From a virus, in the IMG/VR virus record IMGVR_UViG_3300032893_000026: a stretch of 64,000 bases of DNA, one strand, 5' to 3'. Positions 53,323 through 64,000 of the stretch are shown in pieces. Numbering within the stretch: position 1 is the first letter of the stretch; each line of letters begins with the position of its first letter. The notes under the pieces are model-generated. The model saw only the letters and a program-made list of their open reading frames with translations. It was not told the DNA's origin and did no database searches. A program made the translations under genes and the position numbers.

Positions 53323-54621
53323 TCACACACTGTACAAGGTCAGGTAGCGCGGCCAGAAGAATCCATACAGGGCGGCGGTGACCTTGCTGGTGCCCACCTG
53401 GATCGATCCCGAGGTGTTGGGCACGTTGACGATGGCGTTGACTGTCCAGTGACTGAGCAGGACCTGCCCCTCAGTGAGCGGAAACGGGCTTGCCGGGCTT
53501 CCCAGCAGGAACGGGCAGTTGCCCAGGTCCTTGAGGTAGCGCCGGTTGATCTGGATGCGGGTGAGAATGTCTCCTCCACCCTGCACAAAGCCGGTGCCCG
53601 AGTACTCCCACCAGAACCCCGTCAGAATTCCGTCGTACCCGGTGGGCACGGTGAGGGAGCAGATGAGATTGTCGCCGGAGGCCGCCGTCGGGGTGGTGAT
53701 CGACTGGGATATGCGGAACGGGACGGCCTGTGGAGGCACGGCGGAGAACTCGTCCTCCCACGGCAGGAGGTTGCGCCACTGGGCGGGGATCGAGCACAAG
53801 TCCAGGAATCTCACTCTCTTCCACCGGGCCTTCTCGATGGCGAGGCAGTTGTCGTAGAGGTTGGGGCGGAAGCAGTTCGCGCGGGGAGCGGGCGGCCCCC
53901 CGGGAGAGACGGGATTGTCGACGGGATTGATCGGCGGCGGGGGCGTGGGCCCCGGCAGCACCAGGATCTCGATCACCGACTGATCCACATCCGCCGGGGT
54001 GTGGGTCAGGGCCACCGTTTCGATCACCGACTGGTCCACGTCTCCCGGCGGAGTGACGTAGGAGAGGACCTCGATTACGGATTGGTCCACGTCCCCCGGC
54101 GAGTGGGGCAGGACGGTGGCCTCGATGGACGAATAATCCACGCGGATGCGGTTGGTGGTGGCTGTAGATTCCCCACGGGCTACCGCCACTCCCTCCGCCT
54201 TGATGAACTGCACGGCCACTGCGCCGCCGCCGGGCGAGGCGTTGCCCTCCGCAGTCACCAGGATGACCGCATAGGCTTCCCCATATGCCTGCGCCAGACC
54301 TTCTGCGGTGGGGGAGTAGACAAGCTGTTTGATGCGGAACGGGATGGGCCCGAAATAGTATCCGTTGCCACCCCATTCCGTGAAGTCAATCCCGAGCCCA
54401 CCCATGGGGGTGTCTGTGTAAGACCCGGTGGGGGCGTAGGCAAACTGCCCGATCTCAACCAGCCCGTACCCTCCCGGGTCGGGGAGATAGGACACGATCT
54501 CCGGCTGGAAGGACCCCTGGGCCATCGCGACAAACGAAATGGCAAGCCCCGTCATGAGCACCTGGGAGGGGGCCCCTGTGTGCTCGACCTGCGCCGCGTA
54601 TTGGATGATGGTCTGCGCCAT
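53323..54621 (-). CDS. Spike-like protein with C-terminal jelly-roll-like domain
   Basis: Three DVDQSVIE repeats, PTPPPP hinge; C-terminal region of about 190 aa paralogous to 57055-57693. Confidence 0.6.
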   Translation of the reverse strand: MAQTIIQYAAQVEHTGAPSQVLMTGLAISFVAMAQGSFQPEIVSYLPDPGGYGLVEIGQFAYAPTGSYTDTPMGGLGIDFTEWGGNGYYFGPIPFRIKQLVYSPTAEGLAQAYGEAYAVILVTAEGNASPGGGAVAVQFIKAEGVAVARGESTATTNRIRVDYSSIEATVLPHSPGDVDQSVIEVLSYVTPPGDVDQSVIETVALTHTPADVDQSVIEILVLPGPTPPPPINPVDNPVSPGGPPAPRANCFRPNLYDNCLAIEKARWKRVRFLDLCSIPAQWRNLLPWEDEFSAVPPQAVPFRISQSITTPTAASGDNLICSLTVPTGYDGILTGFWWEYSGTGFVQGGGDILTRIQINRRYLKDLGNCPFLLGSPASPFPLTEGQVLLSHWTVNAIVNVPNTSGSIQVGTSKVTAALYGFFWPRYLTLYSV

Positions 54622-54655
54622 ACCCGGGTCCTCAGGCCCGAGGCCTTACGTCAGT

Positions 54656-55561
54656 CTACGATGTGGCGATCCAGAGCGAAACTTTGGTCTGCGAGGTGTT
54701 GGAGTCCGTGATGCAGACCCAGTTATGAGTGTCGAACGCAGTGACCGTGTCCATCGCGAACGGCCCACAGATCAGGAGCGCGTCCCAAAGCTGGCAGGCA
54801 ACTTTTGGCTCGTCTCCGAAAGCCGTGAGCCCCCAAGCCAGCATGGCGTCCATGGAGAACAGGTTGCCGTTCTGGTAGCGGTAGAATCGTTCGCTGCCCG
54901 CAGTCACGTTGGCGTTCCCGCCCCAGGCCGATATCGGAGTAACGAAGAGCGGCATGGAGGGGTAGTTGGAATTGTTCCATCGATTGTTGGCATTCTCCCA
55001 TATTGAAGTCCCGAATAAGCAGACGAAATTCGGAGCCGCGTTCTGCCCCCAGTCGACGGCTGAGTACCGGAAGTTGTTCTGCGGATCGTCCGTGCTCGAA
55101 TCCGACAGCGTGTTGGTATGCAGGATCCCGATGTATTGCGGCATGGGAAGGAAGAATGAGGGGACGTAGGGGCACGAGAACAGGCAGAACTCGCGGGCCA
55201 CCGTCGAATCCCCCGGCACCCACAGGACAAACTGGTAAGGGTTGGCTACAATCTGCCACACCTTAGCCACGCCGGGCAGGAGCGAGGCGCCATAAGCGGT
55301 CCCCACCGTGCTTGCCTTGGCCCCGTCCGTGGTGACCATGCTGACCTGAATGCAGGTCCCCCCATTGTCCTTGAAGTGGGCGCGTAGCGCATATCCCTGC
55401 GAGGTGGTACCGGTCTGCAACACCATGTCGGTGGTGCCGTGGCCGCTGATCGTGCTCCAGCCAGCCGCGTTGAGGGCCGCCTCGACCCCGGCGCAGATGT
55501 TGGCCTTGGTGTCCCCAGTGAAGGTGGTGGTGTATCTGGTGGTTGCGTATTGGACTGCCAT
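54656..55561 (-). CDS. Virion spike/fibre-like protein
   Basis: T/G/N/aromatic beta-rich; LNAAGWSTISG N-terminal motif; lies in the spike cluster. Confidence 0.5.
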   Translation of the reverse strand: MAVQYATTRYTTTFTGDTKANICAGVEAALNAAGWSTISGHGTTDMVLQTGTTSQGYALRAHFKDNGGTCIQVSMVTTDGAKASTVGTAYGASLLPGVAKVWQIVANPYQFVLWVPGDSTVAREFCLFSCPYVPSFFLPMPQYIGILHTNTLSDSSTDDPQNNFRYSAVDWGQNAAPNFVCLFGTSIWENANNRWNNSNYPSMPLFVTPISAWGGNANVTAGSERFYRYQNGNLFSMDAMLAWGLTAFGDEPKVACQLWDALLICGPFAMDTVTAFDTHNWVCITDSNTSQTKVSLWIATS

Positions 55562-55565
55562 GGCA

Positions 55566-55997
55566 TCACTCCTTGAACACGAGATTGCCCGCCGCGATGC
55601 TCAACTGGGCACCGTTGGCGAGGCTGTAGGTTACCGGGGCGGCCCACGATCCGAACGCGGCCACGCGCCCGAAGTTGCCGCCCGTCGGCGCGTCGAACAA
55701 CGCGATGCCCGCCACTGTGATCGGAGAGGTGAGCCCGGCCACTATCGCGAACGTGACGCTCGTCCCCACCACAACCGTCTCCACACCGGACACCACCGAA
55801 GGCGGGGGGAAGTTTCCGGAATTATTGGTTATGGGAATACGGGCAAGCCCGGTGTAGGAGGCCTGCACCAGTCCCGTCCCATCCCCGGCGGTAGGCAGGG
55901 AGACGAGCAGCTGCGCGTACCACGTCGCCGGAGCCCCCGATCCCAGGTCCTGCTGCAAGTTCGCGGACGCATAAGTGTTTCCGATTCCTGCGCTCAT
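55566..55997 (-). CDS. Tail-fibre-associated-type beta protein
   Basis: YTG.ARI...GIALFDAPTGGN...G.L.F pattern familiar from phage tail modules. Confidence 0.6.
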   Translation of the reverse strand: MSAGIGNTYASANLQQDLGSGAPATWYAQLLVSLPTAGDGTGLVQASYTGLARIPITNNSGNFPPPSVVSGVETVVVGTSVTFAIVAGLTSPITVAGIALFDAPTGGNFGRVAAFGSWAAPVTYSLANGAQLSIAAGNLVFKE

Positions 55998-56020
55998 GTG
56001 TTGCTCCTATACCTCTACCT

Positions 56021-57037
56021 CTATACCTCTACCTTCGGACCGAACGGGACCGTGGCGAAGTCCGATATGTCCCACGGATTGCCGCTCACCGGGTTGATGT
56101 CGTAAGGCGCCCAAAGCATGTGGTACGTGGTGGTGAGCGCCATGCCCGCCATACCCGTGCCGTTGGCGCACACCGAACTCACCTTCCGCACGCCCACCGT
56201 GTCCACCTGTGCGTTGAGCACATGCTGTACCGCTTTGATGGTGCTGGTGACCGGAACGGCACTGACCGAATGGATGTACTGATCCACGTCTCCCACCGTG
56301 GCGTCCGTCACGTAGGTGGCCGGGTTGGGCGGGATCGAGGACACCAGATTGAAGTGCGTCGCCCCGGCGGATGTGATCCATTGCAGGGGAGTCGAGTCGC
56401 TGACCGGAGGCCCCGAGTACACTCGCACCGGCCCGAGGAAGTCATCGTTCACCCCGCCCGAGGTGTCGCAGATGTAGTAATCGTCGATGGCCACGCTCAG
56501 CCCGCTGCCAGGACCCGAGAGCTGCACCGTGTTGGGGCTGCCGTAGCCGAACGGATCCGTGTTGATGCCCGTATAGTGAAGCACCTGGAATCCGTTGACG
56601 TTGACCGTGATGTGTCCGCCCGAGGTGGCGAACTTGATCTTGACCTCCAGGTAGTTCCAGTTATTGCTCTGAACGACTCCGGGGGCCGATGGGCCATAGT
56701 AGAGGTTGGCGGGATCCGGCCCGATCTGGACAAACACGGACCCATCCGAGTTGACTCTGAGGGAGCCGCACTTATTGCCCGTGGTGCCTCCCGCCAGAAA
56801 GATGATGAAATTGCCTGCGCTCACCCCGGTGACGTACTTGGCGCCCGCTCCGGCAATCCAGGTATCGCGTGCGGTGAACGATACCGCAGGCCCAATCGGC
56901 CCTCCCTCATAGCACTGAGGACCGGTCCTCGCGAGTCCCGGCGTGGCTACGATGGAGCCGCACCCAATCGGCACTTCGGTGTATTTCTGGCCGAGATCGA
57001 TGTAGTGATCGAACGAGTCCGTAAACAGTAAGGCCAT
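56021..57037 (-). CDS. ConA/laminin-G-like receptor-binding virion protein
   Basis: MALLFTDSFDHY, W.YLEVK, DDYYICD.SG..NDDFLG.VRV, NP.SG.PW motifs. Confidence 0.65.
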   Translation of the reverse strand: MALLFTDSFDHYIDLGQKYTEVPIGCGSIVATPGLARTGPQCYEGGPIGPAVSFTARDTWIAGAGAKYVTGVSAGNFIIFLAGGTTGNKCGSLRVNSDGSVFVQIGPDPANLYYGPSAPGVVQSNNWNYLEVKIKFATSGGHITVNVNGFQVLHYTGINTDPFGYGSPNTVQLSGPGSGLSVAIDDYYICDTSGGVNDDFLGPVRVYSGPPVSDSTPLQWITSAGATHFNLVSSIPPNPATYVTDATVGDVDQYIHSVSAVPVTSTIKAVQHVLNAQVDTVGVRKVSSVCANGTGMAGMALTTTYHMLWAPYDINPVSGNPWDISDFATVPFGPKVEV

Positions 57038-57054
57038 GGCAGTCTCCTCGTCTC

Positions 57055-57693
57055 CTATCTCGGATAGAACCAGCCGAACAGGGCGCACACGATCCTGCCG
57101 CCTACCAGTGCGCTCGTCGCCGCGTGATTGACCAGATACCTCACGATCTGTCCCGACTGCAATCGGATCGCGCCGGAATTGATGGCGTAAGGAGTAGTGA
57201 GGGATCCGAGCGTGGTGTTGATCGCGCCGTAGTCTTTGGCGTAGCGGCGGTTGATCTGTACCCGCCAAGTCAAATCCCCTCCGCCTTCCACAAACCCCGT
57301 CCCGGTCCACAGATTGACGTTGGAGATGATCACCCCATCATGCCCTACAGGCACCTGGAAACTGAGCACCTGCACGTCCGTGCCGGAGGCCGCAGGCAGG
57401 GGTATGGAGGAGATCTTCGAGTATCTCTGCCCCTGCAAGGGCTGCTTGACCCACGGCGGCTCCGGGTATCTGTGGCCGGGACAGAGATTCGCCAGCCCCC
57501 CGCACCGCACGATCTCCATCCACAGGGCGTACTCCTGCATGAGCATCCAGTTGAACTCATTGGGAGGCCACACCCGTTGCAGCAGGTTGCGCGGCACAGG
57601 CGTCCCCTGCGGCCCGTCCTGGCCCCACATGAGCCCGGAGTAGAGGTCCGCAGAGTAGTTGGTGAGCTTGGGAGTCAGCAAAGGTCTGGGCAT
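57055..57693 (-). CDS. Jelly-roll-like minor capsid/vertex protein (212 aa)
   Basis: VPVGHDGVI..WTGTGFVEGGGDL..RVQINRRY.KD.G..ALFGWFYPR matches the C-terminus of 53323-54621. Confidence 0.6.
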   Translation of the reverse strand: MPRPLLTPKLTNYSADLYSGLMWGQDGPQGTPVPRNLLQRVWPPNEFNWMLMQEYALWMEIVRCGGLANLCPGHRYPEPPWVKQPLQGQRYSKISSIPLPAASGTDVQVLSFQVPVGHDGVIISNVNLWTGTGFVEGGGDLTWRVQINRRYAKDYGAINTTLGSLTTPYAINSGAIRLQSGQIVRYLVNHAATSALVGGRIVCALFGWFYPR

Positions 57694-58241
57694 TTGGCTT
57701 TCTCCTCGACTAACAGGCACGGCTCCGTGAACATGAGCAGAAGCTGGCAGTAGATCGTGTTGGCCGTGCGATTCGAGATGTACACGTTGACCAGGGCCGG
57801 GTCCAGTATCAACCGTGGCTGAGTGAGCAGAACCGGGCTCATCCGGCTCCCGTAATCCGCCGTGCCCTGGCTGTTGACCTGCGCCGCGCTTCCGATGCAG
57901 TAGTCCTGGAATAGGGGCACGCCCGTGCAACTGTCGACCACCTGCACGAGCAGGTCCGAGGACTGTGTCGCGACGGGCGTCTGGTCGGGACTGGTGGCCG
58001 AAATGGTGTGGAAGTTGTACCCCCACAAGTACGCGCCGTCCGCCGCCGCTATCTGGTAGAAGAACGTGTCGAAGGGGTTGACCGGCTCCCCCTGGTCATC
58101 CGGCACCACGTACCACCTCGCCCGGTGATTGACCGCTCTCCGCAGGATGTCCATCTGGCCGAGGGCCTGGGGGAAGTATCTGCACGGGAGCAGTTGGAGC
58201 GCCGCGTTGTAGGTGAAGGCGTCGACAACCTGTTTGAGCAT
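57675..58241 (-). CDS. Jelly-roll-like minor capsid protein (188 aa); 5' part duplicated at 1-400
   Basis: LLVQVVDSCTG..LFQ and LLTQPRLILDPALVNVYISN echo FSIRFSDSQG and FPEIIIPAGG.I.IDI of the 149-aa protein. Confidence 0.5.
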   Translation of the reverse strand: MLKQVVDAFTYNAALQLLPCRYFPQALGQMDILRRAVNHRARWYVVPDDQGEPVNPFDTFFYQIAAADGAYLWGYNFHTISATSPDQTPVATQSSDLLVQVVDSCTGVPLFQDYCIGSAAQVNSQGTADYGSRMSPVLLTQPRLILDPALVNVYISNRTANTIYCQLLLMFTEPCLLVEEKAKCPDLC

Positions 58242-61200
58242 ATGTCTCTCCTCTCCTTGTCTCGACGCCTTACCTCGACGCCTTGCACGGGATTCGCCAG
58301 ACCCCGTCGAGCATCACGTTGTAGGTGATCAGCGTGGAAGAAGCGTTGGGCACCAACGAGGTGATGTCCATGATAATGGCTCCCCCCGCCGGGTAGATCA
58401 TACTCGGCACTGGGAAAATGGCCTGATACGGCGGCCCCTGCGCGGCGCTCACCCTCCCCGCGTTCAGGTATCCCTGCGGGAGCGGGAGATTGGAGAACTG
58501 CCTCTGGTTGGGGTCGTAGAGCGTGATCGAGAAGTCCTGGGTGACGAGCGCCCCGGTGCCGGGCGTGGTGATGTCCGCGATCCTGATGCTCATCAACTCG
58601 AAGTCGTACTGCTCCATGATCTGGGAGATACGGGTCGGGGTCTGACCAGCCGAGTAATCGACACTGTTCTGGAAGTTGAGCGAGTAGGAATACTTGACCT
58701 CGCGGTAGTCGTAAGGCGTGCGGTGGAAGATCGGGCTCGTCCCCGCCGCGAATCTCTTGACTCCCATGAATGCGATGTAGGCGTAGTACACGCCCGAGTT
58801 ATTGGCCCTGCTCACGGTGAACAAATCAAAACGGATGGAGTTATTCACGTCGTAGAGCTTCTCCGGTACGACAGGCCAGCAATTGGGCATGACCATGCCG
58901 GTGGTCGGACTGCCGTTCGCGTACGCGCCCGAGGCGTTCTTCAGATTGAACCTTCCCCCGTTGGCCGCCGTGTCCACCACATTCGGCACTCCGAGGACGC
59001 GCCTCAGGACGAACTGCGAATCTCCTTGCAGGGGCAGTGCTATGTCGTTGTAGTTCGCGCCGTCCGCGAGGGAGGTCGCGTCATAGACGTAGGCGAAGGG
59101 ATAATCGACGAACCCCGCCGGGGTTACATAAGGCTCTTCCGGGAACTTCATCTCCAGTCTCCTTTCCTCTTCTTTGCCTTGAGGTCAGGCTACTTGGAGA
59201 TATCCGCCAGCCGGTACCGCTTCACCCCGCGAAAGGCGATCTGAATCGTGTTCGACTGCCCGCTGATATCCTGAATGTCGATTCCGATCCTGCCGCCCGC
59301 CGGGATGATGATCTCCGGGAATACGGGCCAGGGACTCGCCGCGTCTGCCACGATGTTGGCCGAGGCCACAAACCCGTTGCTCAAATAGTATCCCTGCGAG
59401 TCGCTGAAGCGGATCGAAAACGCGCCGGTAGCCAGTCCTATCACAATGGCCCTCCAGGCGAAGTCCGCGTCGTTGGTAGTCGCGACGGTCTGGTCGCTGA
59501 GCTTCTGGTTGGCGGTGAGGCTCACGTCATACGGGTACGTGAAGTCGACATCCGTGTACCCTTCCGGGCTGGCGTCCGTCACCCCGTTGAACACGGGAGC
59601 GGACTGGGGATTGAAGATCGGGGAATTGAGAGCGCCCACTTTTGTATCTCCTTCAGTGCCCGGGATCCAATAACCCCAGGCGATTTAGACTCTAAATCCT
59701 GCCGCCGCCGGGTGCGCTTCCGGTGCCTCTCCCTATCTGCCACTGGCCCTGCTTCCCGCCCCCCGGTCCTGAAGGAGCAACCAGGGGGCGGGAGAGAAGC
59801 CATCAGGTACGGGAGCGGGACCGGCCCGGCCTTCGCGGCACTTCGGATGGCGTATCGCGCGATGCGTGCCGTCGGCCTGCCGACCAGCCTGCCGATCCAC
59901 CCGGCTCTCTACTGCACGCCGCGTGCGTACAGCCCGTCGAGCAGGCACACCAGGGTGAGCCCGGTGCCTCCCGAGGCGGAGGCGGTGAGCGTGGCGGAGG
60001 TGCCGTTCAACTGGCCGTAGAACGTCATCTGGTTCTCGATGACGATAGGGATCGCGAGTTTGTGCATGGACTCGCGCCCCGGCTTGCCGTTGCCGAGGAT
60101 CGTGGTGGACGAGGTGGTGATCGCGGCGTAGATTCCGCCGCCCGCATTGTAGTACCAGAGCGGGCCACGCTGATACGGCTTCTGTCCGAGATAGAACTCG
60201 AAGCAGAACCCGTTCAGGATGGTGATCAGATCCGTCAGGTAGATGTCCTCCGAATAACGGATGCGGAAGCCGAAGATCGAGAAGGCCTCCGGGGCGGCCA
60301 GTTTCTGCGACTGGGTGAGGTTCGTCAGGGCCAGGGTCTTGCTGCTGGCCGGGCCCACGTTGGTGAACAGGGCCGTGGTCAACACCGTCACGGACGAGCC
60401 CGCGTTGAGGGCCACCGTGTCGTAGAGCGGGGTGTGCTGCACGTCCATCCGATTGTTCACGTACACTTCGGAGTTGAACGCATCGACGATCATCTGTTGC
60501 TGCGGAGTCATTAATTTTTCCTCTGCTGAAGCTGGTTGACCTACGTTGAATTCGAGGGGCCCGGATCACTTACCCGGGCCCCAGGTCCTAGCAAGGTGTC
60601 CAGCACCGGCATCGAGTCCCGGGTCATCCCCGGAACCCCGCTAAGACGCCGGGCGCTAGAAAGCGGTGCCGAAGGCCCGCGCGAGTCCGTTCATGGTGAC
60701 ACGGGCGTTGGTCGGCGTGGCAGGAGCCGGAGCCGGGATGGCGGCGCGGATCGGGTTCTGCGGAACCACGAACTGGCCGGGCATCAGGTCGCCGAGCCCA
60801 ATCGGCACTCCCCCGACGGTGAAGCCGGGCAGGAAGGCGTTCAGGGCCACGGAGGCCACCTGCATGAGGCCGCCGAACATGACGCCGTTGCCGAACTCGG
60901 GATCGAGCTTTCCGGCGCCCCAACCGGACGCCACCGCAGCCACGGCGGAGATGATCACGCGTCCAAACGTGGTGGAGCCGAACGATCCGGTGATCGAGGT
61001 GGGGATGAGGGTGGGGATGAACTTCGTCGCCGCCACGCCCACCAGACCACCGCCGATCAGCTTGAGGCTGTCCTTGGAGGTGAACGGGTGTCCGAGCAAG
61101 CCCGGATTCCGGCGGCGGTGACTCACGCGCCTCCGGGGGTTCTTCGCGTAATGACGGCGGCGGTTCCTCCGCTTGGGTGCCACGAACACCACGCGGGTGG

Positions 61201-64000
61201 CGTTGCGTCGGCGGCGGCGGGCGTAGCGGCGCGGGTTGCGGGCAACCCGGCGGCGGCGCACGTTCTTCACTTTGCGTCTGCGTCTTACCATGGTGCTTCT
61301 CCTTATGGGATTGAGGGACCCGAGTGTCACCACCAGGGCCGGGTTGGTTCTGCGGGTTCTCCTTCGGCGTGTTTTGCGCGACACCTGGACCTTTCTCCGC
61401 TTGGGATTCGTCTTGCGACGTCGGAGGGCGGCCTTCTGCCGGGCAGTTCCGAAGAACTTGATTTGTTTTGCGGTCATCCGCCTCCGCTTCCGGTGGCGGG
61501 AATTAGCCAGCCGCTTGACTTTGGTTGTGACTGCCATCGTGACTCCTTTGACTCAGGCCTCCTTAGGCCACTAGGCCGCCAGGGAACAGGGCCGTTGCAG
61601 GACCACGATATAAGTCCCGGCGGAACCGGCCACGTTGCCTTTGCTGAAAGTGACGATATTGGAGTTCGTCAGTACAGCCGCGATGGTGCATACGGCTGTT
61701 CCCACCACGTTGGGGGTGATCGTGACGAGCGGGAAGTTGAAGGCCAACTGCGCCGTCGAGAGCCCCCAGTTGTGGGTCATCACAAAGCTGGTGTCGGTGT
61801 CCGCTCCGATTGCCACAGTAGCCGTGATGGTATTGCACTTCTTTGCCTGTGCGGCAGTGGGAGGCGTAACACCGGCCACCGGGTAAGCGTAAGTGACTGT
61901 GACTGCCATTTCTTTCTCCTTTCCTTAGCCCTGTGGGGCTACTGTCTTGCTTCGACTACATCCGTTGCATTCTGGTCCTCCTCCCCCTTGCAAGGGAGGT
62001 GGGCCACGGATCTCATGCCGGGCGCGACGGCCCGGACCTTAAGGTGCACGATCTCCAACCGGGGATCGACCTTGATTACCGCGCCCCCGTCCTTGGCGCG
62101 GTAACAGAAACTGATGTCCTCTCCCAAGAAGCCCATCTCTGTCCTCCCGTCCACAATCGGGCGGAAGGGCCTGTCGCCAGCCATGCGTCCGATCCGGCTG
62201 CGCATGAGCACGGCGGGGAACCCGGTCCAGTCCACGGAGATCGGGATCTGTCCCAGGAGAGCCGTCACCCGGATCGGCTTGCACCGGATGCCGTCTTCGG
62301 AGGAGCGGTATCCACAACTGGGAACGGCGTGGATATCGTAGCCATCCGGCTGGCAATAGCACCATGCCGACACCATGTCGAGCATGGGATCGTCGAACAT
62401 GTCGTTGAGCAGGATCTTGAACTGGTCGAAGGTGAGCAGGTTGTCATCGTCCATCCACAGGATGTAGTCCGCAACGACTCCGCCTTGCCCCTTCATGACC
62501 CCGTTCCAGATCGTGGACCTCGTCGCGTACACGTTGGACGAGTACCCGAGATAGAACTGCACGTTATAGGCGTAATCCGGGTCCATGATCAGTTGGGCCA
62601 GGAAAGTTGTCCAGTTACTCACCCACACATTCGGGAATTGCTCTCCCGGGATGCAGATGGCGAGATTCAATGGCTTCCGCTCGTTCTCACTCATACGTCT
62701 TCCGCTCCTTCGCTTTGACTTGCTCCGCTCGTTCCGCTCGATCTCCCCTTGCCGTAGTACTTCCGGTAGAGCCACCACCCCGCCCCCACGGCAAGCAGGA
62801 GGAGGATGACGGATTGCGACTGCGATTGCGATTGCGACTGGTTGGACTGGATCGGGATGCAGTCCCAGAACCCCGTGCTGGCGTCGAGCACCGCGTAGTA
62901 GCCCGCGCCGCACCCCGGGTCGACACCGATGCTCTCGGCGGTGACGCCACCGGCAGGCTGAGATACCAAGTCAGAGAGGTCCATATCTAGTTCTCGATCC
63001 CCGGACTCACGCCGACGAGCGGCTGCTTGATGAAGTACTGCCCGCCCGTGATGTAGAGCTTCTGGTTCTGCGGCTCGTATTCGAGGTAAGGCCTCTCGCC
63101 CGTGTCCTCGCCCAAGTCGTGCTGATAGATGATCTCCTCGAAGTCATCGAACTTCTTCTTCGTCTTGTAAGCCAGATTCCAGTACCGCTTGTTGTTGGTG
63201 GGCTTCGCGCCGGGCTCCGGCTCACTGAATACGCCGAGCACCATTCGGTCCTTCAGCCATTTCTTCTCGTCCATCTTGAGCGTCGCCAGATCCACCGACT
63301 GGTCGCCGCCCTCGATGTACAGTTGCCTGCCGTCCTCGCTCGAAGCCAGGAACGGAGGGTTCTTCTCGAAGTCGATTCGGACGCGGATCCTGGTTGGGGT
63401 GTCGACGTAGATCTCCGTCAGGGTGCCGAGAGCGGCCAGATGCTCATGCTCGTGGTACTCCTCCTCGATCACCACCTCTTCCGTCGACGGAGCGCCGTGG
63501 AAGGACTCGTACAGATCGGCGGCGGCACCGGCAGGATTACGTTTGGCTCTGGGCTTGTAGTCCGAATAGAGGATGTAGTTCTGGCGCCCGGCCCGGTCTT
63601 CCTTGTATACACAGGTGGCCGCGTACCCCTTGGCCCGAATGCTTTGGACAAGCTGGTCCGCATACTGATCGTCTTCCGGGGTAACAGCAGGGAGCTTGAG
63701 ACTGTATCTGTAACTCCTCCCCCTGAAGGAGAAGGATTTGGGATTCTTCTTCCAGTCCCACTTACTCCGCTTGTGGCCCCTGGCATACTTCTTTTCCATG
63801 GTGGCGCACACCGCTCCCGGATCATATTCCTTCCCTACTCCCGCCTCGCACCGCTCAAACCACCCTGGCCCCGACCCTGGCCGCGCACCCGAATGGTGCC
63901 CCGGATTTGCTTCCCCAAACATGCCCTGATACGGATTGCCCTTCGACTTACCGAATCCGTGGAGCTTGGCCCTGGCCGCCGCGTAGGCCTCCTCGCGCGT
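57842..64000. repeat. Wrap-around duplicate of 1-6159 (circular genome overlap)
   Basis: Start, end and all ORF translations match at an offset of 57841. Confidence 0.95.

Noticed and set aside
54656-57037. Evidence that this is a tailed phage
   Set aside because: Fibre-like modules are present, but no tape measure, tail tube, sheath, portal, terminase or HK97 capsid was recognised.
57842-64000. 6.2-kb repeat as a biological terminal repeat or tandem duplication
   Set aside because: It appears exact, starts mid-gene and ends at the window edge, as expected from wrapping a circular 57,841-bp contig; it is not counted as separate genes.

Overview
The window holds one complete, apparently circular, GC-rich bacterial virus genome of 57,841 bp. 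It is followed by a 6,159-bp wrap-around: 57842-64000 repeats 1-6159, and every ORF recurs at +57841. Almost all real genes are on the minus strand; the exceptions are 16725-19247 and 35709-36122. I recognise no HK97 capsid, portal, terminase, tape measure, integrase, primase or FtsK/HerA-type packaging ATPase. The virion operon (16391 down to 1, continuing 57841 down to 51832) instead encodes (i) several mutually similar beta-rich proteins that look like vertical jelly-roll capsid paralogues, including a tandem two-domain version; (ii) Arg/Lys-rich proteins punctuated by NP motifs; (iii) about a dozen single-pass membrane proteins, many carrying a [LMI]xG[LM]G motif; and (iv) a membrane-anchored transglutaminase-like Cys-His-Asp enzyme, a glycosyltransferase, spike/fibre-like proteins and a membrane-anchored lysozyme-like protein. 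This fits a non-tailed, internal-membrane virus (inference; no structure prediction was run). The rest encodes ParB, a Topo VI-A-like TOPRIM protein, DUF932, ERCC4 nuclease, Sak4-like ATPase, Cas4-like nuclease, DinG helicase, a serine resolvase, a second glycosyltransferase, and a family A polymerase split into UDG+3'-5' exonuclease and polymerase genes 3.85 kb apart. An AT-rich 17-bp palindrome (core ATTTAGA-N-TCTAAAT) recurs 15 times around the genome. Family names come from motif recognition by eye, not database searches.
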